In this document: positions 25,397 to 38,076 of the stretch, piece after piece
Layout of the letters: every line of letters begins with the position of its first letter
Position numbering within the stretch: position 1 is the stretch's first letter
Program-made: the position numbers and the translations under genes
NCBI RefSeq assembly: GCF_039654945.1
Contig: NW_027361696.1
Coordinates: 61,566,001-61,630,000, forward strand
DNA length: 64,000 bases
Origin: Dendrobates tinctorius
Lineage: Eukaryota
Reading direction: 5' to 3'
Notes under the pieces: model-generated
What the model saw: only the letters and a program-made list of their open reading frames with translations
Databases searched by the model: none
What the model was told of the DNA's origin: nothing

Positions 25397-25848
25397 GGCC
25401 TCTTTCACACTTCAGTTTTTTGCAATCAGTCACAATCCGCCAGGTTTTGAAAAAAACGGATCCTCAATTTTCTTTTGAGGATCCGTTTTTTTTCTCCATT
25501 GACTTTCATTAATGGCAGATTGTGACGGATTGCTGTCCGTTGCATCCGTTTTTTTTGAGGATCCGCCAAAAGTAGCTGTCCGTCACCATCCTCAAAGATT
25601 TCAAAACGGAGCTTGTAACGTATTTTTTTGTGGCGGATCCTCCAGACACTTATTTAACCCGAAATTTTTTCTCCGTGCCAGACAAAAAAAAAAAAAATGC
25701 TCTCTCTCTCTCTCTCTCTCTCTCCTTTTCCGGATCCGTCAAAAAAACGGATGGGTGGCATCCGTTGTCATCAGTTCTAAAACGGATCCAGCATCCGTCC
25801 TTTTGGCGGATTTTGACTGATGCAAAAAACTGAAGTGTGAAAGAGGCC
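25397..25848. mobile_element. PIF/Harbinger-type MITE
   Basis: GGCCTCTTTCACACTTCAGTTTTTTGCA / TGCAAAAAACTGAAGTGTGAAAGAGGCC TIRs; TAA TSD. Confidence 0.9.
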
Positions 25849-26227
25849 TAAGCGACAGCAGGCAACCTGCAAAACCTGACATGGAGCACAGCTGAACTAG
25901 GAGAAGGAAGTTGAGCCTGGGATACCCAAGACAGGTGTGTAACAAAGCAAAATTGGACATGCCTGATCGACATCTCCCCAACACCCCCATATACATAAAA
26001 GTGCCAGCTGAACCCATCAATATTGGCAAATGAGGCTGATTTTAGTCTAATGTGTATGGGGGCTTAAAATACACAAAATATAGCTCTCAGCCGAATAAAT
26101 TCATCCGATCGTTTAGAAGGCAGTTATCTTTCTTGACTCCATGATACAGAGGGGAGCTCGCTGCTGTGCTCTCTACAAGAGAGCCACTGCCAGATTTCTT
26201 TGGCTGTAGGTTATCTCACCAAGAATT

Positions 26228-26913
26228 TGTCATGGGTTTATCAGCCAGAAAGCTACAGCGTCTGATTCCTCCTACTCTGGCACTGTTTAGAAGCATTTCA
26301 CCTTCATATTAAACAATGTAGCTTTCTTCTAGCAGTGCAGGGGTTAATCTGCTCAGTTGAGAGCTTTTTGAAGCTTTCCTGCATTAAGGTCCTCAGATGT
26401 TTACTGTTAGCCACTCCCCCCTCCTATATATTCTGGGCTCTGGAAAACACTAATTGCCAGAGTACTGTAGCTTCATGCTGCATGGTTTAGGACATGGTAG
26501 TTTGCTGTTATTTGAGAAAACATTTTGTGGATTTATCTGAGACTGTTGCTAGGTTTTGGTGGAATATTAATTCCCTCCTTCTCTTACTTTGGTTTTACCC
26601 CATCCTCCACTCCCCGGTGTTTACCTGTGTTGTTTGTGTGAGTATATTTGTATGATTGGTATTTTCCATTATGCCTGTTCATATTACCTTGTTAGTCTAG
26701 CAGGTGTATTACGGTGCACTACTACTCCCCTCTTCCCTGGGTGGGGGAAGGGTACAGACAGAGGGCGGACTCAGGAGCTAAGGCAAGGTACGTTGCCCCA
26801 GTGTCTTCACCATCAGAAATAATCTGGGTAATAGGGCAAGCTAGGGCATCCCTAGCATTAGGAACAAGAAAGGAGCCCCTGGTCCTGGGACATCTGAGAA
26901 CAGAGTCGTGACA
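26228..26913 (+). mobile_element. Solo LTR
   Basis: TGTCATG...CGTGACA ends; shares blocks with 16892-18417 (TTAGCCACTCC, GGAGCCCCTGGTCCTGGG). Confidence 0.65.
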
Positions 26914-27250
26914 GATCTAATGAATCAGTAGTCCTTATGTCATCTGTTGTATAAGAGTCGGGAAAACTCCATACACATTGGACTGTCATGAGGAACAAGG
27001 GAAAAATAGATGTATGTGGAAATTATGTATGAACTCATACTCTGCGGCTTTGGAGTGCACATAATGAATCCACATAATAAAATGTGTTTGACACATTTTT
27101 ATAATCTGGGCTTATATGGTCCTTCACTTCTTCCTTTTTCTTACATTAGACTGTCAGCCAAGCCCACAAATAACAGAGGATTCAGCCAACGACAGTCTAA
27201 TGTGTATGGTGGGCCTTAAGGCCTAATTCAGACATTTGTATTTGACTTGT

Positions 27251-27728
27251 TAATAATAATAATAAATTTTATTTCTACAGCGCCAACATATTCTACAGCA
27301 CTTTACATTTCAGAGGGAACTTGTACAGACGATAGATATTACAGCATAACATAATAATCACATAGATCATAACAGATACCAAGAGGAATGAAGGCCCTGC
27401 TCGCAAGCCTACAATCTATGAGGAAAAAAGGTAGACACAAAAGGTGGGTGGTAACAGTTGCCTTCATTATTCGGACCAGCCATAAAGTGTGTAACAGTAC
27501 AGACACAGAGGGCTAATAAAGTAGATGCATAAAGCATGTGGGAACATGATGCGGGGAACCTGGTTATGGTAAAACTTTTGGCTCTGCCACACAGGGATAG
27601 GTTAGGTTAATGTGTTGAGGCGGTAGGCCAGTCTGAATAAATGAGTTTTCAGGGCACGCTTAAAATTGTAGGGATTGGGGACTAATCGTATTGACCTGGG
27701 AAGTGCATTCCAAAGAATTGGCGCAGCA
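27251..27728 (-). mobile_element. L2 LINE 3' fragment, same family as 3965-4906
   Basis: Close match to ~3975-4453; encodes APILWNALPRSIRLVPNPYNFKRALKTHLFRLAY. Confidence 0.88.
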
Positions 27729-28606
27729 CTTGTTTGTTCCATTTGTGTTTGTTCGGGATAAAACATGTACCCCCTCATTGTCCATGGGCATCTTAATTTT
27801 GCCACGGGTTTTTATTGTCCGATTAGTTTGCAAAAATCAATTAAAAAAAATTTGCAAATCAAAATCACCTTTTGAAATCAATGGGTCCGGGAACAAAATG
27901 GGCAGCATGCAGATACCATCCATATATCAACCAACTGAAATCCATTTTTCACTTTCTATTGTGTTGGAGAAGCCTGGAATTTATTTTTTTACATACGTGA
28001 AAAACAGGAATCATGCTTCTGGTTAAAATGGATGCACGTCCAGCACTAAGAAAAAATGATGCCTGAGGGAGGCTTAATTAGAAAAATGAAAAAAGATCCT
28101 GCTTATCGCTTGTTTTTTGTTGTGTTCCAAAGGTACTTAATGTCCATATTTGGAAGGAGGAGGATAATGGGCGAGCATGCAGAAGTTTATCATGCTTAAT
28201 CCTTACGTTTTTAAGGGAGATAAACTTCCATCTGAGATCTCTGGTGACGGCATAGCCCTACCTTCCTAAAGAGAATACATGCACGCTTAGCTATCCTAAG
28301 CGTGCAAGTGTATGGATGGATCTGGAGGAGTAGGGACTGACTTGATATGGCAGCACGCAGAAGTTTGTGTTGCAGATTCCAAAAATTGTGGCATGCATTC
28401 CATGTTATGACAATGTTCTACCCTAGAGGCACAAAATAGCAGACAAAATAGAGCCAATGTCTCAATAGTGTAACACTGTGTCTCCGAACAATGGCCATTC
28501 ATAAGGCTTCTGTGTGAGCATGTAGGTGCATACTGTAATAAAACAACCTACAAACTACGTGAAATGCCTGAGGAGCAAATCAACTGGTAAAATGTAGGAT
28601 TCTTAC

Positions 28607-28979
28607 CTTGTTGTCGGAGCAATATTAGCCACTTGCTGGTGTGACTGTGCATAAGGCATCTGAGATTCCTTGGAAACACCTTGGCTGTCAACTGGTATGT
28701 CAGGAGATGTCTGACTTATTTTAATGTTGGCTTCTGGGTAAGAGTCCATGTCTAAATAAGAACGTTCTGGCATCTCCTGTCCAAGCTCCACACGTTCCAC
28801 CAATAAGTCCCCATAGTGAGAATGGTGGAGGTGGCCATGGTGTCCATGATCCTTCTTCTGAGTTGAACCTTTGTCCCTCCATGGAATCCAACATAACTTC
28901 CAAGAGACAAAGAGCAAGACTCCAAGGAGAACTATTCCACAGAAGGTGACAATGACCGATAAGAGACTGACAGAGACAT
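28607..28979 (-). CDS. syt3: Synaptotagmin-3 internal coding exon (transmembrane helix plus start of the linker)
   Basis: (D)VSVSLLSVIVTFCGIVLLGVLLFVSWKLCWIPWRDKG...SYLDMDSYPEA...SQTSPDIP matches vertebrate SYT3; acceptor ttttcttacag and donor AG|gtaaga; 373 bp, phase 1 to phase 2. Confidence 0.93.
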
Positions 28980-30424
28980 CTGTAAGAAAAGGTTAACGGG
29001 AGTTAGTAGGAATATGAACAATGGACTCAATCACAATTATGCTGGTCAAGGTTACAATGACTTATTTCGACAAAGCCAACCATGTGGCCCATTCACAATA
29101 CGTAATCTAGTGACAGATGTATTCACCTCCTATTACTGAATGTTAACATAACACATAAATCTGACCACAAAGTACAATGAAAGAGCCAAATATCATGTGC
29201 TGTATATACAATGGTGTTTCATTATGGGGGCAGAACCATAAAAGTGCAGAATTTCTGGATTCACCTGAGCCCCATAACAGAATGGAGTAGTGGTGTGCAT
29301 ATGTGACCCCCTCTTCCATAGACAGTATATAGAGTTGTGGTCATGCATGTGCACTATTACTACATTTACATGTGGGTAATGAGACCCCATTTTTAGAATC
29401 AGTGAGGGTTATATCAATCAGACTCCATCTGTCATAGGTTTGTCACATATCCTTATCTAGTTGTCTCGGAAGCCCTCCATTCTGACACTGAAGACAACCC
29501 ACACTCCTTATTATCATCTTGCATCTTTCTTCAAGATAGAGTTCCTCCTCTGAAAGCAAAATTGCTATATAAATAAAACAATTCGCTCTACAAAAGAAAA
29601 ATGAAAATGTAAATTCTTCTCATCCTGAGTCAATATTAACATTTATGAAGCTCATAGAAATCTATCATTACTTTTCATTTAAATGTCATTCTTCAGACAA
29701 AGTGCTGAATCTCCTGGCAGGAAATTATTGTCTTTATGCAAATGGAATATGAAATCCTGTCTTCTTACCAGGAGCTCATGACCTTATCAGTATTAACCCA
29801 ACAGAGATCACAAAAAGAAACATAACTGATTGAAAACATAATAATTAACTCCACTTTATTGCAAGTACTGTGCGTTTAAAATTTACCAAAGGTTCATGTG
29901 TTTTCCTCCTTTTAATATACTTTATGATTACTAACTGTGGTATCATTAGTACACCACCTAAATAAGTTTTTAATAATACTCCGTTTTTATCATCAGTCAT
30001 GATGACAACCTGTTGATTGATCTTGGAATATCCTTCTGACAACTGGAGTTCTTCCCAGAATTTCTATCACACAATGGTTCGTTGTATAATGAGTTTAGGT
30101 TGGAACATTCAGCCACAAAAGTCCATTTTTGGTAGACCAAGTTATATAAAGGTGCAGCTGAGTCCACCTAGTGTTCATGTGACCAGACAATGGTATGTGC
30201 AGCTTGTGATTACATTGAGAAAAGATGAAGTTAATTAAGGAACACCTGCCATGAGTTATTAGTAGTGAGGAGAGTTTGTGGTTAGAGTTGGACCTGCGAA
30301 CTATAGATAATGAACCTAACACCCAATGAAGGAGGTTGAACTGGTAAGTTCAAGTCTTGAAGCCATGATTTAAGAGAGTGACATTTCAAACCCCTTAACG
30401 GCCTATTATGAATTACATTCTGAT

Positions 30425-30732
30425 TAGTGATGAGTGAGTATACTCGTTGTTCAGGTTTTCCAAGCATGCTTGGGTGTCCTCCGAGTATTTTGGCGTGCTC
30501 GGAGATTTAGTTTGTGTTGACGCAGCTGCATGATTTGCGGCTGCTTGACAGCTTGAATACATGTGGGGATTACCTGTTTGTTAGGGAATCCCCACATGTA
30601 TTCAGGCTGTCTAGCAGCCGCAAATCATGCAGCTGCATCTACACAAACAATCTCTGAGCACGCCCAAATACTGGGAGGACACCTGAGCATGCTCGGGAAA
30701 ACCGGAGCAATGAGTATACTTGCTCATCACTA
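30425..30732. mobile_element. Palindromic hAT-type MITE
   Basis: TAGTGATGAGTGAGTATACTC / GAGTATACTTGCTCATCACTA; the whole element is a long imperfect inverted repeat. Confidence 0.8.
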
Positions 30733-30769
30733 ACTGTAATCTGTCCTGAGACTATGTTCCTTTGTCAGG

Positions 30770-31285
30770 TGGTTACCACCAAGTACTGTCCCTTGACTCT
30801 GTTGTGTAACTGCCAAGTTATGTCCCTCAACTTTGATGTGTAACCACCAAGTTTTGTCACTCCACTATGATAAGTAATCGCCAAGTTCTGTACCTCAACT
30901 TTGATGTGTAACCACCAAGTTCTGTCCATCAACTATGATATGTAACCACCAAGTTCTGTCTCTAAACTATGATTTGTAATACCAAATTATTGACCCTTAA
31001 CTCTTACTTGTAACTGCAAAGTCCTGTCCTTCAACTAGGATGTGTAACCACCAAGTTCTGTCCCTCAACTTAGACGTGTAGTCACCAAATTCGGTCTCAA
31101 TTATGATGTGTAACCGCCAAGTTATGTCCTTCAACTGTTATACATAACTGCAAAGTTCTGTCCTTCAACTGTGATGTGCAACTGTCAATTTAATTCCCTT
31201 AACTTTTGTCATGATCTAGGTTGGATTATGACAGATTTTGCAACTGCCAAGTTCAGTACTTAAACTCTGATGTGTAACAACCAAA
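30770..31285. repeat. ~33-bp minisatellite (TGTAACCACCAAGTTCTGTCCCTCAACTATGATG)
   Basis: More than 12 degenerate copies. Confidence 0.85.
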
Positions 31286-31819
31286 TTTGAATCCAAAAAA
31301 TGTTTTGGATTCAATTTCCATGAATCCAGCAAAATGCCAGCTAGCCAGCCATTATTTTCCTGTCTTGTTTTGAGAGGTGTGAAGAATTTAAAATAATAAA
31401 ATTATATTCACCTGTCTTTACACCAGTCTTCAGATCTTCTGGTGCTCCCGGTTGTTGGCCTGAAATGATTATGTGGGGGCAACACACGTCATTGATGTAG
31501 TCAATCACTGACCTCAGTGCCGAAATAAAATGTTGGAAGAACCAACGAAAAAAGTACTGTGAAGCTGTAGCAGAGGCATTGAAAGAACAGTAGAGGGCCC
31601 AGTTGAGTATAATGTCATTTCATTCTTAAGCTTTGGGGTATGGAACCATTCAATAAATGCTTTTTTCATGACAAGATCAACACTTTCATTTCAGACTGAT
31701 ATTATTTGGACAAAATCGAATCTGCTGGCCAAATTGAGCAAATTTCTGAAAATGTGCTCATCCCTATAAACAACTCCTTTAAGCACAATGTCCACCTCTA
31801 ATTTAAAGGGGTATATATA

Positions 31820-32367
31820 CAGTGCAGAAAAAAAGTTTGGGCACACCTTCTCATTCAAAGAGTTTTCTTTATTTTCATGACTATGAAAATTGTAGATTCA
31901 CTCTGAAGGCATCAAAACTATGAATTAACACATGTGGAATTATATAATTAACAAAAAAGTGTGAAACAACTGAAAATACTGTATGTCTTATATTCTAGGT
32001 TCTTCAAAGTAGTCACCTTTTGCTTTGATTACTGCTTTGCACACTCTTGGCATTCTCTTGATGAGCTTCAAGAAGTAGTCACCGGAAATGTTTTTCACTT
32101 CACAGGTGTGCCCTGTCAGGTTTAATAAGTGGGATTTCTTGCCTTATAAATGGGGTTGGGACCATCAGTTGTGTTGTGCAGAAGTCTGGTGGATACACAG
32201 CTGATAGTCCTACTGAATACTGTTAGAATTTGTATTATGGCAAGAAAAAAGCAGCTAAAGTAAAGAAAAACGAGTGGCCATCATAACTTTAAGAAATGAA
32301 GGTCAGTCAGTCCGAAAAATTGGGAAAACTTTGAAAGTGTCCCCAAGTGCAGTGGCAAAAACCATCA
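31820..32367 (+). mobile_element. 5' fragment of a Tc1-like element
   Basis: TA-CAGTGCAG...AAGTTTGGGCACACC TIR; ATG at ~32237 begins MARKKQL..EKRVAIITLRNEGQSVRKIGKTLKVSPSAVAKTI, then truncated. Confidence 0.8.
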
Positions 32368-32910
32368 TTTATTGTACATTTTGTGTACCTGGCTGTCTGG
32401 TGACATCACACATAGGACATAAATCCTAAAGAACGTAGAGTCTCATCTAATTGTTTCCCATTGAGTGATTGCTTCATGAGGACGTAGCTTCCATATCAAT
32501 GTAGAACTCCACCACTTATGGTTAAGCAATCAATGTAAGGATCAGAAGAAGTGTTTTCTGTAAGTGATAACCTATTGATTAAGAACAGACTGTACACACA
32601 AGAGGCGGCATGAGTAACAATGCATTGGAAGCATAGCCCAGGGGATGCTCACAAGGGTTCATCAGTAACATAAAGAATCATCACCCTAATATGCACAAGG
32701 AACAGAACTCTGTGCAAGATGATTGTTTCTGCGTCTCTAGAGAATTCACAAGCGGTAGCTAAAAGCAATTACCTAAAGTACTATGTCTCAGAACCAAAAA
32801 CTGTGCAGCTTCTAAAAGCTCTTCCGTTGATCTCCGGTTTATTTGTAATATTGAAATTACTGATTTCCATCGTAATTTTAGAAAAGGGTAAGCCTATTAA
32901 CATGTCGGTG

Positions 32911-33739
32911 TGTCAGAGTCTGAGGGTTAGGTTCACTTGGTGAGGTGGATCCTCAAATTCAAATGTCCTAGTGGGCACACAGACCATGGGCGTCTGTGCA
33001 GCAGGCAGTTGAAGCACGTAGGAAACAGATAGCAGAAATAATGAAGAGTGTAGACAGACAGGAAACTGGGAAGAGCAGAGGTTCTGGACAATGAAGATAG
33101 GTAACAGAGGTCCTGGAGACCGCAGACAGGTAGCAGACGTCCTGGAGACTACAGACAGATAGAAGAGGTTCTGAAAGCTGCAGGCAGATAGTAGAAGTCT
33201 GGTTACTGCAGACAAGTAGCAGAGGTCCTGGAGACCACAGACAGGTAGCATACATCCTGGAGACCACAGTTAGGTAGAAGAGATTCTGGAGGCTGCAGGG
33301 AGGTAGCAGAAGTCTGGAGCCCACAGAGAAGTAGCAGATGTTCTGGAGGCTACAGACAGGTAACAAAAGTCTGGAGATTACAGACCAGTAGTAGAGGTCC
33401 TGGAGCCCATAGACAAGAAGCAGAGATACTGTCCTGGAGACTGCAGACAGGTAGCAGGGATTCTGGAGGCTGAAGGCACACAGTGATCTGAAGTCTTAAT
33501 ACAAAGACACAAATGTGTTTCTTGGTAGGCCTTATATAGGCCCAGGCAGAAGATCACATGAGAGCATGCAGGGCCATTTGTAAAGTCAGATGTTGAGACA
33601 AACGAAAGTTTAGCAAACCAGGGTGAGGGGAGCAGAGCCGGAACCCGGGAGAGGTGTGTAACACCAAGTATGGACTGTGATACACAAACTCCACAGCCGT
33701 ATAGATGCAGGTGGGTAGACCTACAACTGGACTGTGACA
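32911..33739 (-). mobile_element. Probable solo LTR with an internal ~30-bp tandem repeat (33070-33470)
   Basis: TGTCA...TGACA ends; GTAGCAGAGGTCCTGGAGACCACAGACAG units; no clean TSD. Confidence 0.5.
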
Positions 33740-34816
33740 TATGGATGTGTAAATGCAGCATAACATGCGGAAATTGGTAGCCTCAGATTGACGTCTGCAA
33801 CTGCAGAAATCTTGCACCCTGAAAAATATTTTTTCCTACCATGTTTGATTCAACCCTAACATGATTGACCCTCTTTGACAGTCAGGAATCTCTAGGGAAT
33901 CCACTCTTAAGAATGCTACATGGAGCGAAATAATGAAAGAATAAATCAAAAAGAAATATTTTCTCCTTGCCGCAGTTGGCACCTTTACAGCTGCACATGG
34001 AGATTTTACTACCTGCAGATTTTGCACCGTTATATGATATATCTGTGAGTTATAGTTTTATTGTCGATTCTTTACTGTCTCTGGTCTCCTGTGGGGAAGA
34101 TACCTGTTTTAGTGCATTCCTCCACTTCTTCAGTGAACTGGAGAATACTAAGTACTATGCTGAAAAGGATAATGGAAGCGCACTATTAGGGATTCAAATG
34201 GTACGTAGGGATTCTGGGAACTGAATCACTTAGGTTCTCAGTTGGATTGATAACATGACAAATGTTTATCTGGATATATACTGTATGCTAAATCTCATCT
34301 TATTAAATGGGCAAAATTTCAAACAAGCAACGTTCCCTTTATTTTCAAGAATGAAGGGTTTTTTAGTTCTATTGCGTATAGTTCATTGCCAAATTTACTC
34401 GCCACCTCTGAAAGAGGTTTCCTAGGCAAAGAGTGTGCACATGCATGCTCTTTGCTATACAGCTTGTAAGCACGGCTAGATTACTGATCTCCAGCCAACT
34501 TTAGTAACACTGATCAAGCAGAGGAAAAGCGAATTTTGCTAGTAGTATTAGAGTGCATATATCGGGCCAGGGGCTCAGCCATGCAGTCATCTCAAACTGT
34601 CAATCATCAGCATACTAGCCCCCCAGCAAACAGGGAGCCTAGAGGCTGGGGAGCAGGGTGCTCCTGAAGACAACCTGAGACAAGCCAATGCATTTTGCTA
34701 GGACTTTCTGTTGGTAGACCACCACCAAATGCACTAGGAAACATCATTCCACTTTGACTTCTGTTGGTTTTCCATGTATTTCTCCAAAGGCTGCATGGTT
34801 AACACTTTATTGACAA

Positions 34817-35547
34817 CTAGCTGAAGAACCCGGCGCTGCCCGGGCATAGTAACTAACTGTGGTTAGTTATAGCAAATTATAATTATCCTTCATCCCATAG
34901 TCCCCTGCCCATATACCCATCATACATAAACGCCATCTCATAGTTGAGTGCCCATATACCCATCACAGATCCTTCATCTCATAGTCCCATGCCCATATAC
35001 CCATCATACACATCCTCCATCCCATAGTCCCGTGCCCATATACCCATCATACATATCCTCCATCCCATAGTCCCGTGCCCATATACCCATCATACATATC
35101 CGCCATCCCATAGTCCCGTGCCCATATACCCATCATACATATCCTCCATATACCCATCACACATCCTCCATCCCATTGTCCCGTGCCCATATACCCATCA
35201 TACATATCCTCCATCCCATAGTCAACCATTTTGACATCACATCATAACGAGCAGTGGGGCTTGCAACCTATGATGACATCAGCGTCGCCATGGCAACCAT
35301 TATGACATCATAATGAGGGGTGGGGCTTGATACACACACCCTTTTTCCCCATTATATAGATAGGGGCAAAATTGTTTGGTGAATTGGAATGCGCGGGGTT
35401 AAAATTTCGCCTCACAACATAGCCTAGGACGCTCTCGGGGTCCAGACGTGTGACTGTGCCAAATTTTGTGACTGTAGCTGCGAAGGTGCGGATGCCAACC
35501 CCGGACATACACACATACATACACACACCTGAGCTTTATATATTAGA
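34817..35547 (-). mobile_element. Non-autonomous Helitron with an internal ~42-bp tandem repeat
   Basis: Minus strand reads A|TC...CCCGGgcagcgCCGGG hairpin...CTAG|T; no TSD. Confidence 0.85.
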
Positions 35548-36110
35548 TTGTTGACTTTGGAACCCCTAAAAATAGCTGAGCCAACAAAAACTAGTGATGA
35601 GCGAGCGTGCTATGATAACTTGTTACCGAAGCATGCTCGTGTGCTATCTGAGTGTCTTCGGCATGTTCGAAAAATATGTTTGAGTCCCCACGGCTGCTCG
35701 ACAGCCACAACACATGCAGGTATTGCCTGTGAACAGCCACAAGACATGCAGCCGCTCCCTTAGATTCTTTCTCCCCTATTTTTTTCTCATAGACTTGTAT
35801 AAGCGACAGATTGTGATAGATGGCCTCAATTTCGTCTGTCGTTCGCTGGATCCGTCGAAAAATTTTTGTTCAGCGGCCAGACATGATGCACAAAGCAACG
35901 TTTTTTGCGTCTGTCAAAAAATCGGACAGTGACAGATCCATCGCTGTCCGTCGTTTGCTGGAATGAAAGCCTATGGGTGCAGGATCCGTCGTCATCCGTC
36001 AAATGACGGATGCCAGCGATGGATCCGGGTTTTTTTTTCCACTGAGCATGCTCATGACAGGTTAAAACACCAAAGAAAGAATAGATATATACCCATAGAA
36101 TACATATATA

Positions 36111-37756
36111 CAGTCATATGTTAAAGTTTGGGCACCCCTATTAATGATAACCTTTTTTCTTTATAATAATTTTGGTTTTTGCAACAGCTATTTCAGTTTC
36201 ATATATCTAATAACTGATGGACTCAGTTATATTTCTGGATTCCAATGAGGTTTATTGTACTAACAGAAAATGTGCAATCTGCATTTAAACAAAATTTGAC
36301 CGGTGCAAAAGTATGGGCACCCTTATCATTTTCTTGATTTGAACACTCCTAACTACTTTTTACTGACTTCCTGAAGCACTAAATTGGTTTTGTAACCTCA
36401 TTGGGCTTTGAACTTCATAGCCAGGTGTATCAAATCATGAGAAAAGGTATTTAAGGTGGCCACTTGCAAGTAGTTCTCCTATTTGATTCTCCTATGAAGA
36501 GTGGCATCATGGGCTCCTCAAAACAACTCTCAAATGATCTGAAAACAAAGATTATTCAACATAGCTTTTCAGGGGAAGGATACAAAAAGTTGTCTCAGAG
36601 ATTTAACCTCTCAGTTTCCACTGTGAGGAACATAGTAAGGAAATGGAAGAATACAGGTACAGTTCTTGTTAAGCCCAGAAGTGGCAGGCCAAGAAAAATA
36701 TCAGAAAGGCAGAGAAGAATGGTGAGAACAGTCAAGGACAATCCACAGACCACCTCCAAAGACCTGCAGCATCATCTTGCTGCAGATGGTGTCACTGTGC
36801 ATCGGTCAACAATACAGCGCACTTTGCACAAGGAGAAGCTGTATGGGAGAGTGATGCGAAAGAAGCCGTTTCTGCAAGCACGCCACAAACAGAGTCGCCT
36901 GAGGTATGCAAAAGCACATTTGGACAAGCCAGTTACATTTTGGAAGAAGGTCCTGAGGACTGATGAAACAAAGATTGAGTTGTTTGGTCATACAAAAATG
37001 CGTTATGCATGGAAGCTAAAAAACACAGCATTCCAAGAAAAACTCTTGCTACCCACAGTAAAATTTGGTGGAGGTTCCATCATGCTTTGGGGCTGTGTGG
37101 CTAATGCCGGCACCAGGAATCTTGCTAAAGTTGAGGGTCGCATGGATTCAACTCAGTATCAGCAGATTCTTGACAATAATGTGCAAGAATCAGTGACAAA
37201 GTTGAAGTTACGCAGGGGATGGATATTTCAGCAAGACAATGATCCAAAACACCGCTCCAAATCTACTCAGGCATTCATGCAGAGGAACAATTACAATGTT
37301 CTGGAATGGCCATCCCAGTCCCCAGACCTGAATATCATTGAATATCTGTGGGATGATTTGAAGCGGGCTGTCCATGCTCGGCGACCATCAAACTTAACTG
37401 AACAGGAATTGTTTTGTAAACAGGAATGGTCACAAATACCTTCATCCAGGATCCAAGAACTCATTAATAGCTACAGGAAGCGACTAGAGGCTGTTATTTT
37501 TGCAAAAGGAGGATCTACAAAATATTAATGTCACTTTTATGTTGAGGTGCCCATACTTTTGCACCGGTCAAATTTTGTTAAAATGCAGATTGCACATTTT
37601 CTGTTAGTACAATAAACCTCATTTGAATCCAGAAATATAACTGAGTCCATCAGTTATTAGATATATGAAACTGAAATAGCTGTTGCAAAAACCAAAATTG
37701 TTATAAAGAAAATAGGTTAACATTAATAGGGGTGCCCAAACTTTAACATATGACTG
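36111..37756 (+). mobile_element. Full-length DD34E Tc1-like transposon with ~210-bp IR/DR-type TIRs
   Basis: CAGTCATATGTTAAAGTTTGGGCACCCC termini; TA TSD; inner direct repeat AAGTATGGGCACC. Confidence 0.95.
36509..37528 (+). CDS. Tc1 DD34E transposase, 339 aa, uninterrupted
   Basis: Paired-like HTH, GRPRK, TDETK, QQDNDPKH, SPDLNIIE; 34 residues between D and E; ends KGGSTKY. Confidence 0.9.
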   Translation: MGSSKQLSNDLKTKIIQHSFSGEGYKKLSQRFNLSVSTVRNIVRKWKNTGTVLVKPRSGRPRKISERQRRMVRTVKDNPQTTSKDLQHHLAADGVTVHRSTIQRTLHKEKLYGRVMRKKPFLQARHKQSRLRYAKAHLDKPVTFWKKVLRTDETKIELFGHTKMRYAWKLKNTAFQEKLLLPTVKFGGGSIMLWGCVANAGTRNLAKVEGRMDSTQYQQILDNNVQESVTKLKLRRGWIFQQDNDPKHRSKSTQAFMQRNNYNVLEWPSQSPDLNIIEYLWDDLKRAVHARRPSNLTEQELFCKQEWSQIPSSRIQELINSYRKRLEAVIFAKGGSTKY

Positions 37757-37764
37757 TATATATA

Positions 37765-38030
37765 TATGTGTAAAAAATAGGAACAGCACAAAATACCTTA
37801 GAGCAGTGCACGCTTCTCTAGACACCTCAATGTCCTTAGATAACAGCAAAAAAAAAAAAGCAGCACCAAAATAAGTAGTGGTGTGAACTGTTTAATAGCC
37901 TAGTGGCGTGGCGACGTTTCGGATATGGCAATCCTTTCTCAAGCCTGAGAAAGGATTGCCATATCCGAAACATCGCCACGCCACTAGGCTATTAAACAGT
38001 TCACACCAGTACTATTTTGGTGCTGCGTTT
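37765..38030. mobile_element. Penelope-like pLTR palindrome remnant
   Basis: ~85-bp arms centred on CTCAAGCCTGAG; TGAGAAAGG..CCGAAAC hammerhead-like core; adjoins (TA)n; inverted relative at 58518-58775. Confidence 0.6.
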
Positions 38031-38034
38031 TCTT

Positions 38035-38076
<42 letters not shown>

